Shown here: positions 1 through 13,100 of the stretch, one piece after another
How the letters are laid out: the number at the start of each line of letters is the position of its first letter
How positions within the stretch are numbered: position 1 is the first letter of the stretch
NCBI GenBank assembly: GCA_965637545.1
Contig: OZ281500.1
Span: 4,030,001-4,094,000, forward strand
Source: Phallusia mammillata
Taxonomy: Eukaryota
Direction: 5' to 3'
Length of the DNA: 64,000 nucleotides
The notes under the pieces: generated by a model
The model's input: the letters and a program-made list of their open reading frames with translations, nothing else
Told to the model about the DNA's origin: nothing
Databases searched by the model: none
Program-made: the position numbers and the translations under genes

Positions 1-618
1 TGTACCACAAAAATTTCACAAAACTCGATTTTATGAAAATTGCTTTGATAAAATTTCAATTAACAATATAATTTCAGCAAAATAGTATGCTAAAAATGCA
101 GAAAACAAAATGCCGGAAAATACGTGGAAACAGATAAATAATGCCTTTGCTAATATGTATTAACGGTGTCGTTGCATTTTAGCCAAACTCGCAGTTTAAC
201 GCGTTGGGTTTTAGTCGTTGGTCAAACATGGCCTGTTGGATCAATGCGCTACCGAACCATGCAAAATAATAAAACCCAAAAAAATAAAGTCGTTAAATTT
301 TGATTATTAGGTTTTGGAATATATTACCTCAAATATAAGAAAAATCTTTGAAACAACAACAAGTACAATTTCGACCGATGTCTCGACCCATCGCACTTAA
401 TTACTGATTGCTCACGGTTATATAAGACACGATGAGCAGACGGGAGCATTTTTTTCGTACCAAGCTAGTATAACCGCTAAAACTTTATTTGTTTTTTAGT
501 AGCAATGCCAACAAATAAAATATCTAGAAAGCGTTTTATAGCCGTAAATTTACATACACTTTCGATTTTACTTTTCATCGCTATTCCACAACTACGGCGT
601 ATCTCACTCCTGGCTTAC

Positions 619-798
619 ATACTTTACTTTGCAATCCACTGACGTTTCAAATGCGTCTGCATTAAAATCAACAGCAGATGAATTGACGACGTTGACGGTA
701 GCATGAACTGCAAGGCGGCCTTCCTGCCTATCAACAAGCCTCAATTGACGAGAACGGCAACAAGGTAACCTGCCTCTGACAGCTCTTTTTTCACAACG
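619..798 (-). CDS. Candidate internal exon (60 codons, phase 0/0), possibly the next exon of the PDE3-like gene
   Basis: Minus strand reads tacttgcagtttgtag|CGT...TAT|gtaagc. The 180 nt are open in frame: RCEKRAVRGRLPCCRSRQLRLVDRQEGRLAVHATVNVVNSSAVDFNADAFETSVDCKVKY. The phase fits the phase-0 donor at 15561. I do not recognise the peptide. Confidence 0.25.
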
Positions 799-2827
799 CT
801 ACAAACTGCAAGTATTTAATTAAAGACGAAGCACCGAGGAAAACGCCCTGACCTGTGAAAGTGAAAATAACAACAATGGAAAAAGTGCATCTAAGTGTAA
901 ATTTTAGTTTGGCCTTTCAGCCATACAATCAATCCTAATAAAACATTTTATGCAGGTAAAAAATTTGCACGTAAAAATTTTAACATACGCACGTAAAAGT
1001 TACTCTACAATTTAAACCGTTATGGGGTGTTTTTGCAACTTTCTTAACCGTTACAGAGTATTTTGCAAAAACTTTCAGTCGGTAACTCCAAATATTTTAT
1101 TCAAAATTCCCTACAATTAATGCGCAATAACACAGCACAAAGCCCAATTCCTTCCAATGACAATTTTACAACCATGTGCGGCCCAAACAATCTTGTAGTA
1201 CCTGGAAATGTTTCTAAAGCAGCAGAGAGCTTTGCAGGGAGGAGCAATGACAGCGACCGCGGTAGTTGTGGTGTAATAGCGACTTCCCACTGTGACGTAA
1301 ATCGCAGGGCGTATGAATAGCTGGCGAGGATGCGAGACAACCCGGCTTGCTTGGAACGAGTGCGGATGTGTGTAATGCAGGGAAGTGCTACACAGATGCA
1401 TAAAGCCTCGGTGTATGTAATAAGATGATTTCGGATGTTGTGGAAAGCACGGATGTCCATAGGGCGGGGTCAAAATGGGGACTTGTACAGAAAACAATGG
1501 CCCGGCTGGTTCATGCTATCAGGAAGAATACAATCATCCAAAGCTGTTTACACAATTTAATGTACGGGGTCGGCAATTTTTTTGAGCCACCTTAGTGTTT
1601 GAATGTTTTAGGGCAGTGTGTCTATGTTCCTATACTACGGTATACTGTACATACAATAAAACCAGACAAAGCCTAACTTACATGATGTTACGAGAAAAAC
1701 AAACAATTAACATCATTCATCACATATACAAACAATCCTGCACAATAGAAGACGGAGACCAAATGAAAAAGAACGATTTACTATAAAACGCAGTTAACAA
1801 TATTTAGTGGATAATCCAACGCCTAACCAATGTTTGAAAAAGATGTGCAAACATTAATTCAATTCGTTCAAACTCATTTGCAAACACAGATCACTATGGA
1901 CGATTCCCAATTAGCAAACATCGTATTCGTGGTTGCACATATTACATTTCAATAGCTGTTCAATGCAGCAATCGTTGCAAGGAGGATGCTGCATTTCAAC
2001 GTTGGTTTTCCTGTTTCGTAATGACGCACGTAAGCGCAGGAAAACTATCGATAAGCTCTACCACAGCATGTCTGCTGACAGAAGGACAGTGATTTGTCAC
2101 CAGAAAGTCGTAGGCTTTAACGTCTGCACCTTCAATTACTCTTGCACTGAACAGGTGCAATATTGGCTAAAACTGTAATCTGAGTAAAGCTAAACACAAA
2201 ACGCAAAATATTGAAAAACATTTGACACTTAACTGCTTTTGCAATACTCGTAATTAAAACTGAAAGCTGGTAACACTCAGATCGTTGCTTGGTGGATGAA
2301 AAGTAATGAGCCTTATAGCAATGGATATCAGTTCAGAAAAAACATTTAGTCGTTCATCCTTTAGTTTTACTGGTTTTGTTTACAAGTTGCATGAAACAGG
2401 TCAACCTTACATCAAAACAACCCTTTAAAGCGTTTCATTGGAAAAAATATTTTTGCCTTATAATTAACAATGCAGTATTCTGGTGTTAATTTATTTAAGG
2501 CGCTTCCTGGCCTATCACCTCCAACAATAAACTCATTCTCCTAAACGTGATTGCGCAACGATTTATCCTTATGAAACAATAACTATTATAATTAGCAATT
2601 AAAGCAATACAACAAAGGCAAAATATAGACGAAAGGCTCTTGACGACCTCTTGCTGATACGAATTGATTTTAAGTGAGCAGCATAGACAAAGAAAGAATA
2701 ACTGCCTTGGCCAGAATATCGATTATCTCCAAAGGAAGTCAATGAGTTTTCAGTCACGATAATTAGTGCTTTAGCGCCAAAAATATGTCACTCAAAATTA
2801 AGAAACACTTGTTGTAGTTGTAAAGTC

Positions 2828-2997
2828 GATTCCTTCGGGGAATATACATTGTATCAGTTGATTAAAATATTACTGTTTCGAAAGTTGCACCGGGAAAAAA
2901 TCATTAAATAGCACAAAAACGACATTTACAGCGATTCCTTCGGGAATATACATTGTATCATGTGATTAAAATATTACAATGTCGAAAGTTAAATGCA
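2828..2997 (+). repeat. Local ~60-bp direct duplication
   Basis: gattccttcggg(g)aatatacattgtatca..gattaaaatattac..tcgaaagtt..gcac occurs at 2828 and again at 2933. Confidence 0.8.
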
Positions 2998-5900
2998 CAA
3001 TAAACAACTTTGAAAGCAATAGCTGTACGTCTACAGTAGCGGAAGATTCATAAGATATACACTGCTCAAGACCCGTATCATGGAATTAAAATAAAACGTA
3101 GTATGAGTTGTACGATAAACCAATCATCATTCCACATCAAAAGAAACTTTTCTCCTAAAAATTTTACCGATTGTCTGCATAACACTCAACATGGCGCAAA
3201 ACAAAAACAGAATATCGAAATATAGATCATTGGGATAACTTTAGTCTGCTCGATGATCGCAGATACTGAGAACACGCCATAAACCAAAAACGCAACATCT
3301 CTGAGATCAAAGGATAAACGAGCTATGCCTAATTACAGAACAGAACCTGAAATGATCGTACCCAAATCGGGGCAAAGATTTATCCACGAGACTTTAACCA
3401 CGCTGGCACACGGAGGTCTGATACGGGTGTTTATCTTTTCTGCTCACCAGGCATTGCCTCTGGGCAACCCGGGACGAAAGCAGTCGCAATTAGCGCTCTT
3501 GCCAGCTATGTGGTTAACGTTGAGTAAGAATGTACGCTAGCTTAACAAGCTACGGACATCCACTGCTCGTCACAAGAATGACTGGCTAAGTACTGCGCGA
3601 GGCCAACTGAAGACACATGCCTCTTTTTTGCGAGTGTTACCATAATTAAGGTCGCCTTGTTTTGAATGTTGACGATGATTTGCGATAAAAAATGAAAATA
3701 TTGTGAAACTTTTGGCTTTCGCTACAAGCGTAAAATAAGATTGACAGCTCAGAGTTCGAGTGGAAATTGGCATAAACTTAGAGGTGTTGAACTCTGCTGA
3801 CTTACTCCTGAACCACCAACATGTCAGTCATTTCCCCACACGCCTCGAACAGATGCACTCACGACATTAATGCCTCACGTGCGAAGAACTAAAGCTAAAC
3901 CTCTAATTGTGATCTAAACTGAGTACGGCCTTTTGAAAGATAACCAAAAAAACGCCTGTAAATGACAGACGTTTCCACATTAGCTAACGCTGGCTACGCG
4001 AGGGGCTCACAAGTGAACATTGAGCTGTGGTATTTGATCGTACAGCGGTAAAAAGAAGGCAGAGGTGGACATTATACCATTCCCTGGTGTGGCAAGGCAG
4101 TAATTAGCAACGACAGCCTCCACAGCGGGCCTGTGGAAGCATCGTGTGGCCCAACTACATAATTGGACGTTGTTAAAGCCGAGGAGTCCTTTCAAGCTGA
4201 ACATGAGCGAAGTGTTTTGTTGTTTGTCGGGAACGCCTTTGCCGTCAGTGGTCTATGTTTCTCGTAGACCCGTTTGCGGTCAGACCTCGGCCAACAGGTG
4301 TGAAGATTTTTTTCACGTGTACGGGCACCTTCAAATTTTTTACACAAGCTCTTTTCGATGCCTGAATTTACGTCCCAAAAACAGATTCTGTAACTTTAAA
4401 AATTCGAAAGGTTTTCGTCAAACCGCTGATTAGGTTTCATTGAACTCAAGGGTATTGAGTGATTTAAGTTTATGAACCACTGTGTCATGGTTAAAAAAGA
4501 CATGAAAGAGCTTTGTCCATAAATGTCTGCCAAATCATTTCATCAACATTCCTAATTCACAAAATTTAAAATTTAACACCTAAACAACCCAAGTAAAATA
4601 CACAAGAACTAATGATCTTATTTGCTAACTGATAAAAATCGAATCCACTCAAAAGTTGCAAATAGAACGAGCGATTTACACAAGTTTCACAGAAGATGCA
4701 GTAAATAGCTCTCCAAAACACTTTTTGCACAGCGGTAGGTATAATGAATAAATGAAGATATTCTATCTAACCCTTCAGCCTTCAAGAAGAAACCCGTTTT
4801 TGTGTGCATTTATACCTTACCCACTTTTTTTCCGCGTAACAATGCAAAATTGAATTGGACTGAACTCTTGACCTTTGATGCGAACGACGAACCCAATCGA
4901 CCTATGACACGGCAAAACATCTCGCTTCAATTTTGATGTTAGACTCACAATACGGCTAACTCACGTTTTTACCAAATAAGCTTTTCCGAAACCCTTACAG
5001 ACCACACACACAGAAACGAAAGGTGAAAAAGTTGAGTACTGTAGAATAGACCGAAACACATAGGTGGGGCGAATACGCAAGGTTAAGACGGGTTAAGGTT
5101 CATCCAAGAACAGTTCTCACACCATTGTCGAAGTGTTTACATACCAATGTAGGGTGCTTCGAGAATGCATGTTTCAAACGCTTTTTTCCGATACATGTAA
5201 GTTATCGGCACCTTTTGTGAATCAGTAAAAATTTAAAACTTTACCACAGGAGTGAGGATTTTATAAGAATATCCTGGTTAGTTTTTAAGATCAAAAGCAC
5301 TGTAAACAGAAATTACAGACAAATTCAAGGCATGGTTTTCACTAGCAGCAAAAGTATGCAAACTGCAATTTTGAATCTAAATTAAGATTTTAAAGAAGTT
5401 GCTTGGCGGCTTTTGTACAAAAAAAACGGCCAATGTTATACATAATCTTGTAATATAGACATTTTGGTTGATAGTAAGCAACAGAAGATATTTTCTTACG
5501 ATTCAGCAAAATTTTAACGCAAACAAGCATCAGTAAAATACAATACTTGGGTCTAAAACGGTTTTCACGATAAAAAAATATTTGATGTCGAAATGAATTG
5601 TAAAAAGTTTATTGAATTAAAGTAAAACAATAAAACAAGCTACCCAAAGCGGATTTGGGAATTTCCGTTTACAGTGATAAAAATTAAAAATGCAACACGT
5701 TAAAACAACCATAGCAAAAACTCGAACCCTCTCTTTCAACTTTCCACGATCGATACCACTGGCGTCATTACAACGTGTCCAATGACAGCAACACTGCGCT
5801 CATATGTTTTGTTACGCTTATCCAATTAATTGCTGCCACCGGGCGTGGCAATTTCATGAATATTTTACCACTGGGAAGCACGCTTATAAATCAGGATGAC

Positions 5901-8900
5901 TTTAGATTAGCGGATTTTACCAACGAGGTCAATTTATCTTATCCAACAGTAACGTATAAATGGGACATCAGTTGCACCAAAATCGCTTTGCAAGAAACAG
6001 ATTACGTAACAATTGATTGATAACCAATAAACCAGGGCCTTGGAAAATTATTCAATCAAGAAACACTTACACATTTGTAAATTTAAAATTTGGCGACACA
6101 ACAAAGAAATATACACTATTTTTGTTGAGCACAATCAACAGTTGGCAAGACATGCGCAAAATATTTATGCTACACCAATTTAAAAGCAACGATTTGCAGA
6201 ATAACTTTTATCGTTTAACAAGCGAAAGGTATAAAACCCGAGTATAGCGGAAGGACAGTGGTTTGATAAAAGTTTTGACAACACGAAAAATTTCATCGAA
6301 GCTTCTAATCTATTCTCTGAACGCGAACACAGTGTGACGTCAGAACTTAGCTAAATCGATGCCAGAGGCTTCGAAATCTAGAAGTCGGAGTCAAGGAATG
6401 ATAATAAAGCGAGGTCGGTTGCCAGGTACCGCCCACGTGACGCAAGAGGGCATGAGTCAATGCTATTGCGTCAAACCATATTATTTTACGATACGTTAAA
6501 GCGAAACTGTTTTATTACCTACACGCAAGGACAATTAATTTCTACTGGTGTTACTTAAAGGCAGCTAGACGACCTGTTTCTCTAGCATTGCCAATTTACG
6601 CCTGGCAAATTCCGTTTATTTTAGATCTGGATATATGTAAAACGCTAAACAAATAGTACAAGATATTGTTTCAAAATGTGCGAAGTTTTCGCATACTTTT
6701 TTCCCCTGCTACATGAAAACGTTTTGAAGTAAGGTTCGTGCAATATTCGGCACATCTCTAATTCAAACCACCTGTGCCGAGCGCATCGAGAATCGGAGAA
6801 GTCTAATACGCTTTGCCTTTTTTCTTTTTCGAAAACGAGAGAAATGCGTATCGAATAAGCGTATCGAACCCGCTTAAACGCTCCATGTAAAGAGGCTTAC
6901 TCTGTGTGGCACTGTGTTTTCACTTCACGTTTTTAATGTTTAAAGTTTTAAACGCACACCTATTAAAATATTATGCATGTAGATGGACAAGACTTGCAGT
7001 TAAAGTGGTCGAACTAATTGAACACAAACGGTATACCACTGACGAACGTTCAAAACACGAATACACGATTATTTCAATCTAATGCTGGTTACTGATTGCA
7101 ATAAAATCGTGCGCAATTCTCGGAAAACCTTCAATTATATGAGTGATCAAAATCGGACTTAAAGATCAACACTGAGTGACCAAGACAGGCGTGATCCCCA
7201 TCACAGCACGAGCCTCCTTATTTGCATAGAACCACGTGATTTTGATCAGCAAATTTTCAAAAACAGAGGGTGGTTGTAAATGTCGTCGTGGTTGTACGTT
7301 TTTTATGCACTGCAATTACGGTGGAGAAATGAAGCGATAGTAATTATTAGGCGACATTGGAAAGTCACGTGCCAGTCCTCGTTCGATTCAAGACTATCAT
7401 GACCACTACGAGGTGAATGATGATGCAAATATTGTGCAAACTCACTATGAAAAGTTGAATGTTAAGGAAAATATGGGTTATCATTTACTCTACAAGTACA
7501 TGATGCGTTTTCTAAGAATTTTATAGGGTTAAAATATTCAAATGGTTAAATATAGGGCTAATTTACGGTTTCAACACCAAAATTATAAAATAACAAATAA
7601 AATTATCCAAAACATTTCATAAACGTTTTAGGTTCTGGAATCAATGGCCTTAAGAGTGATGTCAGTTAAATCCTAAAAACTACAGAATTATTATTTCTTA
7701 AGCCCTCTACGAAAAGAAGTTTTAATAATACATTACATCAGAAGTTCTTAAACTTAAGAAAACTATCAAACTACTTGTTTTCGAACTTGCACGCAAAAAG
7801 AATCAATTTTAACACAATCCCTGGGGGTAAAATCTTAACAGCAGTAGAAAAACACACCGCATTTTAAAAACCGCGCATTTTGTGTTGATCTCAAACGCAC
7901 TTGTAACTCAATTTTATTTCACAATGCCTTCAAATTCACAATAACAACATCATCTTCCTATGCTGCGAGCTAATTTACGCTGCCGAGTTTATACCTTACT
8001 ATAAAACCACAACAAACGCAATGTCCTCCGGCAAGCCGTTACGGAAGCCACGCGCACTGCAATAACATTCCTCAGCCGTTGAAAATGCGAACTTGCGTGT
8101 GAAATTGCCTCACAACGACTCCAACATAATTGCCGTGACAGTAATAGGTCTACACGTTTGACGCAAAACAAGTGGTTATCGAATTCCAGCTATGACAATT
8201 TCAAATTTAACCTGCATTGCTAATTTGCACGCAAAAGTTTAAAATAGACTCTGCACCACTTTTACGCAGTTAAACGTATTAGAAACAAATAATTTAGACA
8301 TTTTTAACAGTATTCAGTTTTTAACACACTTTTGTTGTACTTTGTGTCACAAACAAGAGCATATAACTTGTTTAAAAACCCTCTTAGACTGTCCAAATTT
8401 TATTAACTTTCATCAGCGCTGCTAGAAAATATCTTTTAATCTAACCGTAAATGAATGAACAGATTGGGATCGCGAGTTTTACTTTGTGCACACAGAACAG
8501 TTTAATATAGAAGTTGTTTCGGCCGCAACCACAAGTAACTAGGCCGGTTCTGTGGTTTCGGTGAAAATAGATGAACATAGAAAGTCAATGCTATTTTCGT
8601 TTACCTATTTTAAAGAAAGCAAGATTTATTTAAAACTCAGTGTGGCGATTGAGGTTTAAGGTGCCGTTTTTAAGCTAAACTTGGCATTTTACGAAATTTT
8701 GGTTAAAGCAAACCATGTAAAGACTGGTGGGAGTGATCGTTTATCCGTTTTATCCGCTTTCGGGAAAGGTTACAATTTCCCTAAATACCCCTGCTTCCTG
8801 GGTAGAGTTGCACACTTCAAAAACAGTTTGTTTGCAAAGGAAAACACACCGCGGAAACGGGCAAAACGGTCGAGATCACGATAGTAAACAATCAAAGCAA

Positions 8901-9468
8901 AAAAAATCATTACCAAGTAAAAGACAAGACCAAAATACCGCATAACGTGAAAACTGGTCATTAAAAATTAGAAAGCAATTTTGAGGTTGCTTCATATTTA
9001 TAGGGAGAAACAGCCAAAAAGCTTTTACTTTATTGCGACTGACATCAAATTTAAGCTGACTCATCAAAAACTACGGTTTGAGGTCAGCCAAATTCCCCAT
9101 TAAGGGTAGTAAAAGCACAGTAATGGCCAGCTAAAGGTAGCAAAGTGCATACAATGGCAAAAATTCGAGTTAATATGGGCACAGCAGATCGGTAATGTTG
9201 ACCAGGCTTCATAACAAACTATGACTGGAATTGTTTTGAAAGGTTGGCCAAATTTAATTACGCGTCTTCGCAACAACGTGCCATAAATCATAGCGATGTT
9301 GAGACTTCTACACAATAATAATGTCCTACGCTGCGTTTAGCTGTGATGTTAGGCAAAAGATTAAAATAGCCGCTGCAAGTTTCCAACAGAAGCAAAACAT
9401 ATTCATTCAAGAAAGTGACGTTAAAATTTCACTCATAAACACATATTGAAACATTTTGTCAAAAAATA

Positions 9469-9730
9469 TGACGTCACAGCCTCGACTGACGTCACAAATG
9501 ATTGATACGTCACCACAGGCTTTTTACGACAATTGTTTCGAGTGGCATAAAACTTTGGCCGAATTGAAACGCACAGGTATTATGTAAAGTTTACACGGGA
9601 ATAAAGACTTAAAGTTTCCGCCATTTCCGCAACTTGTTTAGTCGCCATTTTCTGCCGATTACCAGATCCGGCGGCATAAGTGTTTATTACGCTCTCAACA
9701 AAACTGTGCATAGCATAAGTCAGGGTAAGT
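9469..9730. promoter_or_regulatory. Intronic promoter-like island (2 CRE + 2 YY1-like motifs)
   Basis: TGACGTCA at 9469-9476 and 9487-9494. CCGCCATTT at 9618-9626 and CGCCATTTT at 9643-9651. Strong plus-strand donor agg|gtaagt at 9724/9725. Confidence 0.4.
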
Positions 9731-9951
9731 TACAAATTGTGTTGTAAACGTCCTTTTTACTGTTATCAAAATAAACAAAACTGACCATTTTATCAGAAAT
9801 CACAACTCGACTATTAGGCTTTTAAATTACATGCAGTTTTGAACTGCAATTCAATAAAACACATTGTACTTTCTATTCATTAAGATATAACCAGGTTATT
9901 AGCTTATCGGCCACTGCATGATATATACTGTTGTTACAACATAACTTGGTT

Positions 9952-10135
9952 GACCTCGGTTAATCCGGACCTGTTTGGACCCAAAAAAAATTGTCAGGAT
10001 TAGGCGAAGATCCGGATTAACCGATGTCGATTAGTTAAAGCCTTACTACATTACAAATCATTTGTGCCTCAAGTTTTGTCGAAATTAGGCGAAGATCTGA
10101 ATTTATCCAATTTCGGTTCACCCAAGGTTTACTAT
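9952..10135 (-). mobile_element. Tc1/pogo(Tigger)-like MITE, opposite-orientation relative of 38298-38476
   Basis: Contains cggttaatccggacctgtttggacc...ccggattaaccga and ends ccaaggtttactata. It aligns by eye to the reverse complement of the 38298 copy. Confidence 0.6.
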
Positions 10136-13100
10136 ACTAAGTCTCAAAAACGCCGGAAACTGCACTGACATACGTTTATTCGTATTTACATGTTTTCACA
10201 CGCGCAAAAAGCATGTTTCGTAATGATTTCTTTTCGCCTCACTGATCCATACTGATGCACGTAAAAATTTCCAACATTTCTAGACAACAAGCTACCACAA
10301 TATGGTATCCAAACGTGAACAACATACAGTAGCTAATGCGGGTAAACAGTAAACCCACATAACACGAAAACACGGACACGGTAAATACCTTTAAACGCGG
10401 CAAATGGAATTTCCAACAAAGCTGGCAAACAGATATGGAAACAGCACAAACAACATTAGTAACGTATGTTTGCCGAGATGTTCATGTCGTATATTAACAA
10501 CTGCCAAAACACGACAAAGCCATCTCAACTCAGGCCGTAAGTGAGCAAATAGTCCACGTACGGCCTAATTTTCACAATGCGTTTTTTGGTGTGATAGCTC
10601 GCAGTAATATGTTGGAGACAACTTTATACAGTATCAGTACTTTGCAAATTTTGCGTGGTTTCGTAATTGGGGTATTGCTTATTGCATCGAATACAATTTT
10701 GTTTTTCTTTAACTGTGGTAAACTTTGTTGCAATCTAACACAATAACAGGAATGTACTACGCAAACCGCGCTTGAGACATACGGTAAAAATATCAAAAAC
10801 CACCCTCACTTAAAACACACAAAATTGTACGCCTAAACAATAGATCCTTTATGCTAGAAAAACCTCTTGCCCTAAAACGCACATTTTTATCAAAACCACA
10901 AAAAAAAACACCATAAAGAAAAATCTTTTGGCAGCAAAAATAATCTACAAGAATTTACGCAACGCGGACGACAGTCAGAACTTAAAGGAATGCGAGGGTT
11001 CAAATTTGCGGACCACAATACACGCAGGAGATTCGTCACTGGAAACCCTTCTACGCAAGAACCGGTTTTATTGCGAGCTGGGTCAATAGTACAAGCAAAC
11101 GTTCTCGAGTGCAGAGGCAAATAGGACGTCGAGGGCCTGTACGTTCTTTGCGTCGTTAATTTGCCGCTGGGGACCCCCTGGGTGGGTTTAATCGTTGAAG
11201 ATACGTCAGTGGTAAGAAGGCAAATGCAAACACGGACTAAGGGACAACGCCTACTCCACTGTGTAGGTTGCAAATGCAAACATCGCTAATAGATCGTGGT
11301 TTAAATGTGCCGGGAAATCCTTTCACTATAAACGTTGTAACATGGATTTTACAGTTATAAAAGTCACTATAATAGTAATTGTAACAGTTATACTGAATCT
11401 GCTGATTTCAACCCTTTTTTGCCAATTCTTGCTAGATTTTTTTACAAAAACAAATGCTTTAACTTGCCCAAAGGTAGTAAATTACACATAAGATTTAAGA
11501 GACACAGGTTAAATTACACATACGTCTATAATTATACCAACTTAACACATTTGTGCTTTCGCTTCCCTAAAAGTGAATAACAAGTCTCTTAAATTTGGTT
11601 ATTTGACTAATTTAGTTTTTCTCAGTCACAAATGAATGATGAGTAACTGAGTGCGTAAGCTCTAACGAGATTTTCCAACAGCATTGATTTTGTGCATTGA
11701 ATGACACAGCAACTCGGCTTGCGCAAAATCGACCAAAATGCAATCACCGGCTTAATTGCCACGTGACTGATAACCGCAGGAGCAGGCAAACACGCACGCA
11801 GGTGTGGTTGTCATGCCAACGCAGTCTGTGGGCACCTGGGACAATGGCAGTGAAATTGATCCCAGTTTAAAGTGAGGTTACCACAATGCAGCAACAGCTA
11901 ATGAGGAATGTGATAGGGTGTTGTTAATTTTTTGTGCTAATACAGAGAAATTTAGGATTTGGTGTGTTAGAACAGGCCTGAAATAATCAAAACCCGTTAT
12001 ATACCTCACAATCACTTAACGACGCAGTTTTCCGAAGGAAACCCACGCGTTTTAAGACGACTGCACATTTGACCAGGAGCCTGATAAACAAAGAAACAGA
12101 ACGGACAAAATACACACAGATGGCAGTTTGGCGCCGGCAAATACGGCAATGTTTGACTGCTCGTAAACCTAGTGTCAGGACAGAACAGTTTTCCTTCTAA
12201 AGTCAACACAACAGGTACACCTACGCCTACACGAAGTGCGCACGAGGCTCGGTGACACTGAGGACGGCCTGCGTAGCGGTTGAAGAGTGACGAAGGGTTG
12301 ACGCACAAGCGAAGAAAGCTGGAAATGCTAACGCCGTTTGCTGTCAATTACTTGGGTTACGTTGTTGGTAACGTCGACGCAAATACCGCGTTAAATCTAA
12401 TTTTTTTTTAACCAACCTAAACCAATTTTACGATTGTCGGTGAGTCTACAGTGCAGGTAGATTTTTTTAAGGTTTTTACGCTGCAAAGGGGCAGAGTTTA
12501 ACAACTTGTCGTGGGCTACGAGACAAACCGTATTTAATATCCGGAGGCAGGTGCTTAGTGGGCAATTATTAGTTTTTTCAGCAAAGTCAGGACGTACAAA
12601 AAATTCAGGTCGATCACAACTAAAACCAGTTAAAGAAGAACATGGGCAAAAATAAGTTGCGTCTATAGATTGTTTTCAACAAAATATATATTTTTCCTTT
12701 GTGGGGAGGGGTCAACTTATGCGAAGGAAGGGGACAGTTTATCCCTAATACCCCAATACCTAGCAAAACGCAATCGTACACTTGATAACACATGAAGGGA
12801 TATACATTATTACTATCATAGAGTAACGAAGACAAATTTACAATCAACAATATAGAGTAGTATTTAATGAGTGCATAACAACAAATGCTAAGAAGCGGTA
12901 AGAGCCCCTAGTCGACTTTTCTTAAACCCGATTTGGTGGTTACACACAGAATTCACAGACAGGTGTAGTCCTCTGTGCGTTAAGATCATGGCCTCTTGCG
13001 CTGCACTTTTAGGGTAAACGTTGACGTAAAAACTGTACTCATACGGGTTACTTCAAGTCGTTGCAAATGTCAGCAGCTATAGGATAGAGGTAACCACCAA

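Noticed and set aside
361-400. Hairpin followed by GAAA on the minus strand resembling a fourth hammerhead
   Set aside because: No recognisable CUGANGA core, and stem II depends on two wobble pairs.
1063-1497. Three overlapping ORFs in a GC-richer patch
   Set aside because: No recognisable domain, in-frame stops just upstream, and the only donor (ccag|gtacta) is out of phase with neighbouring candidate exons.
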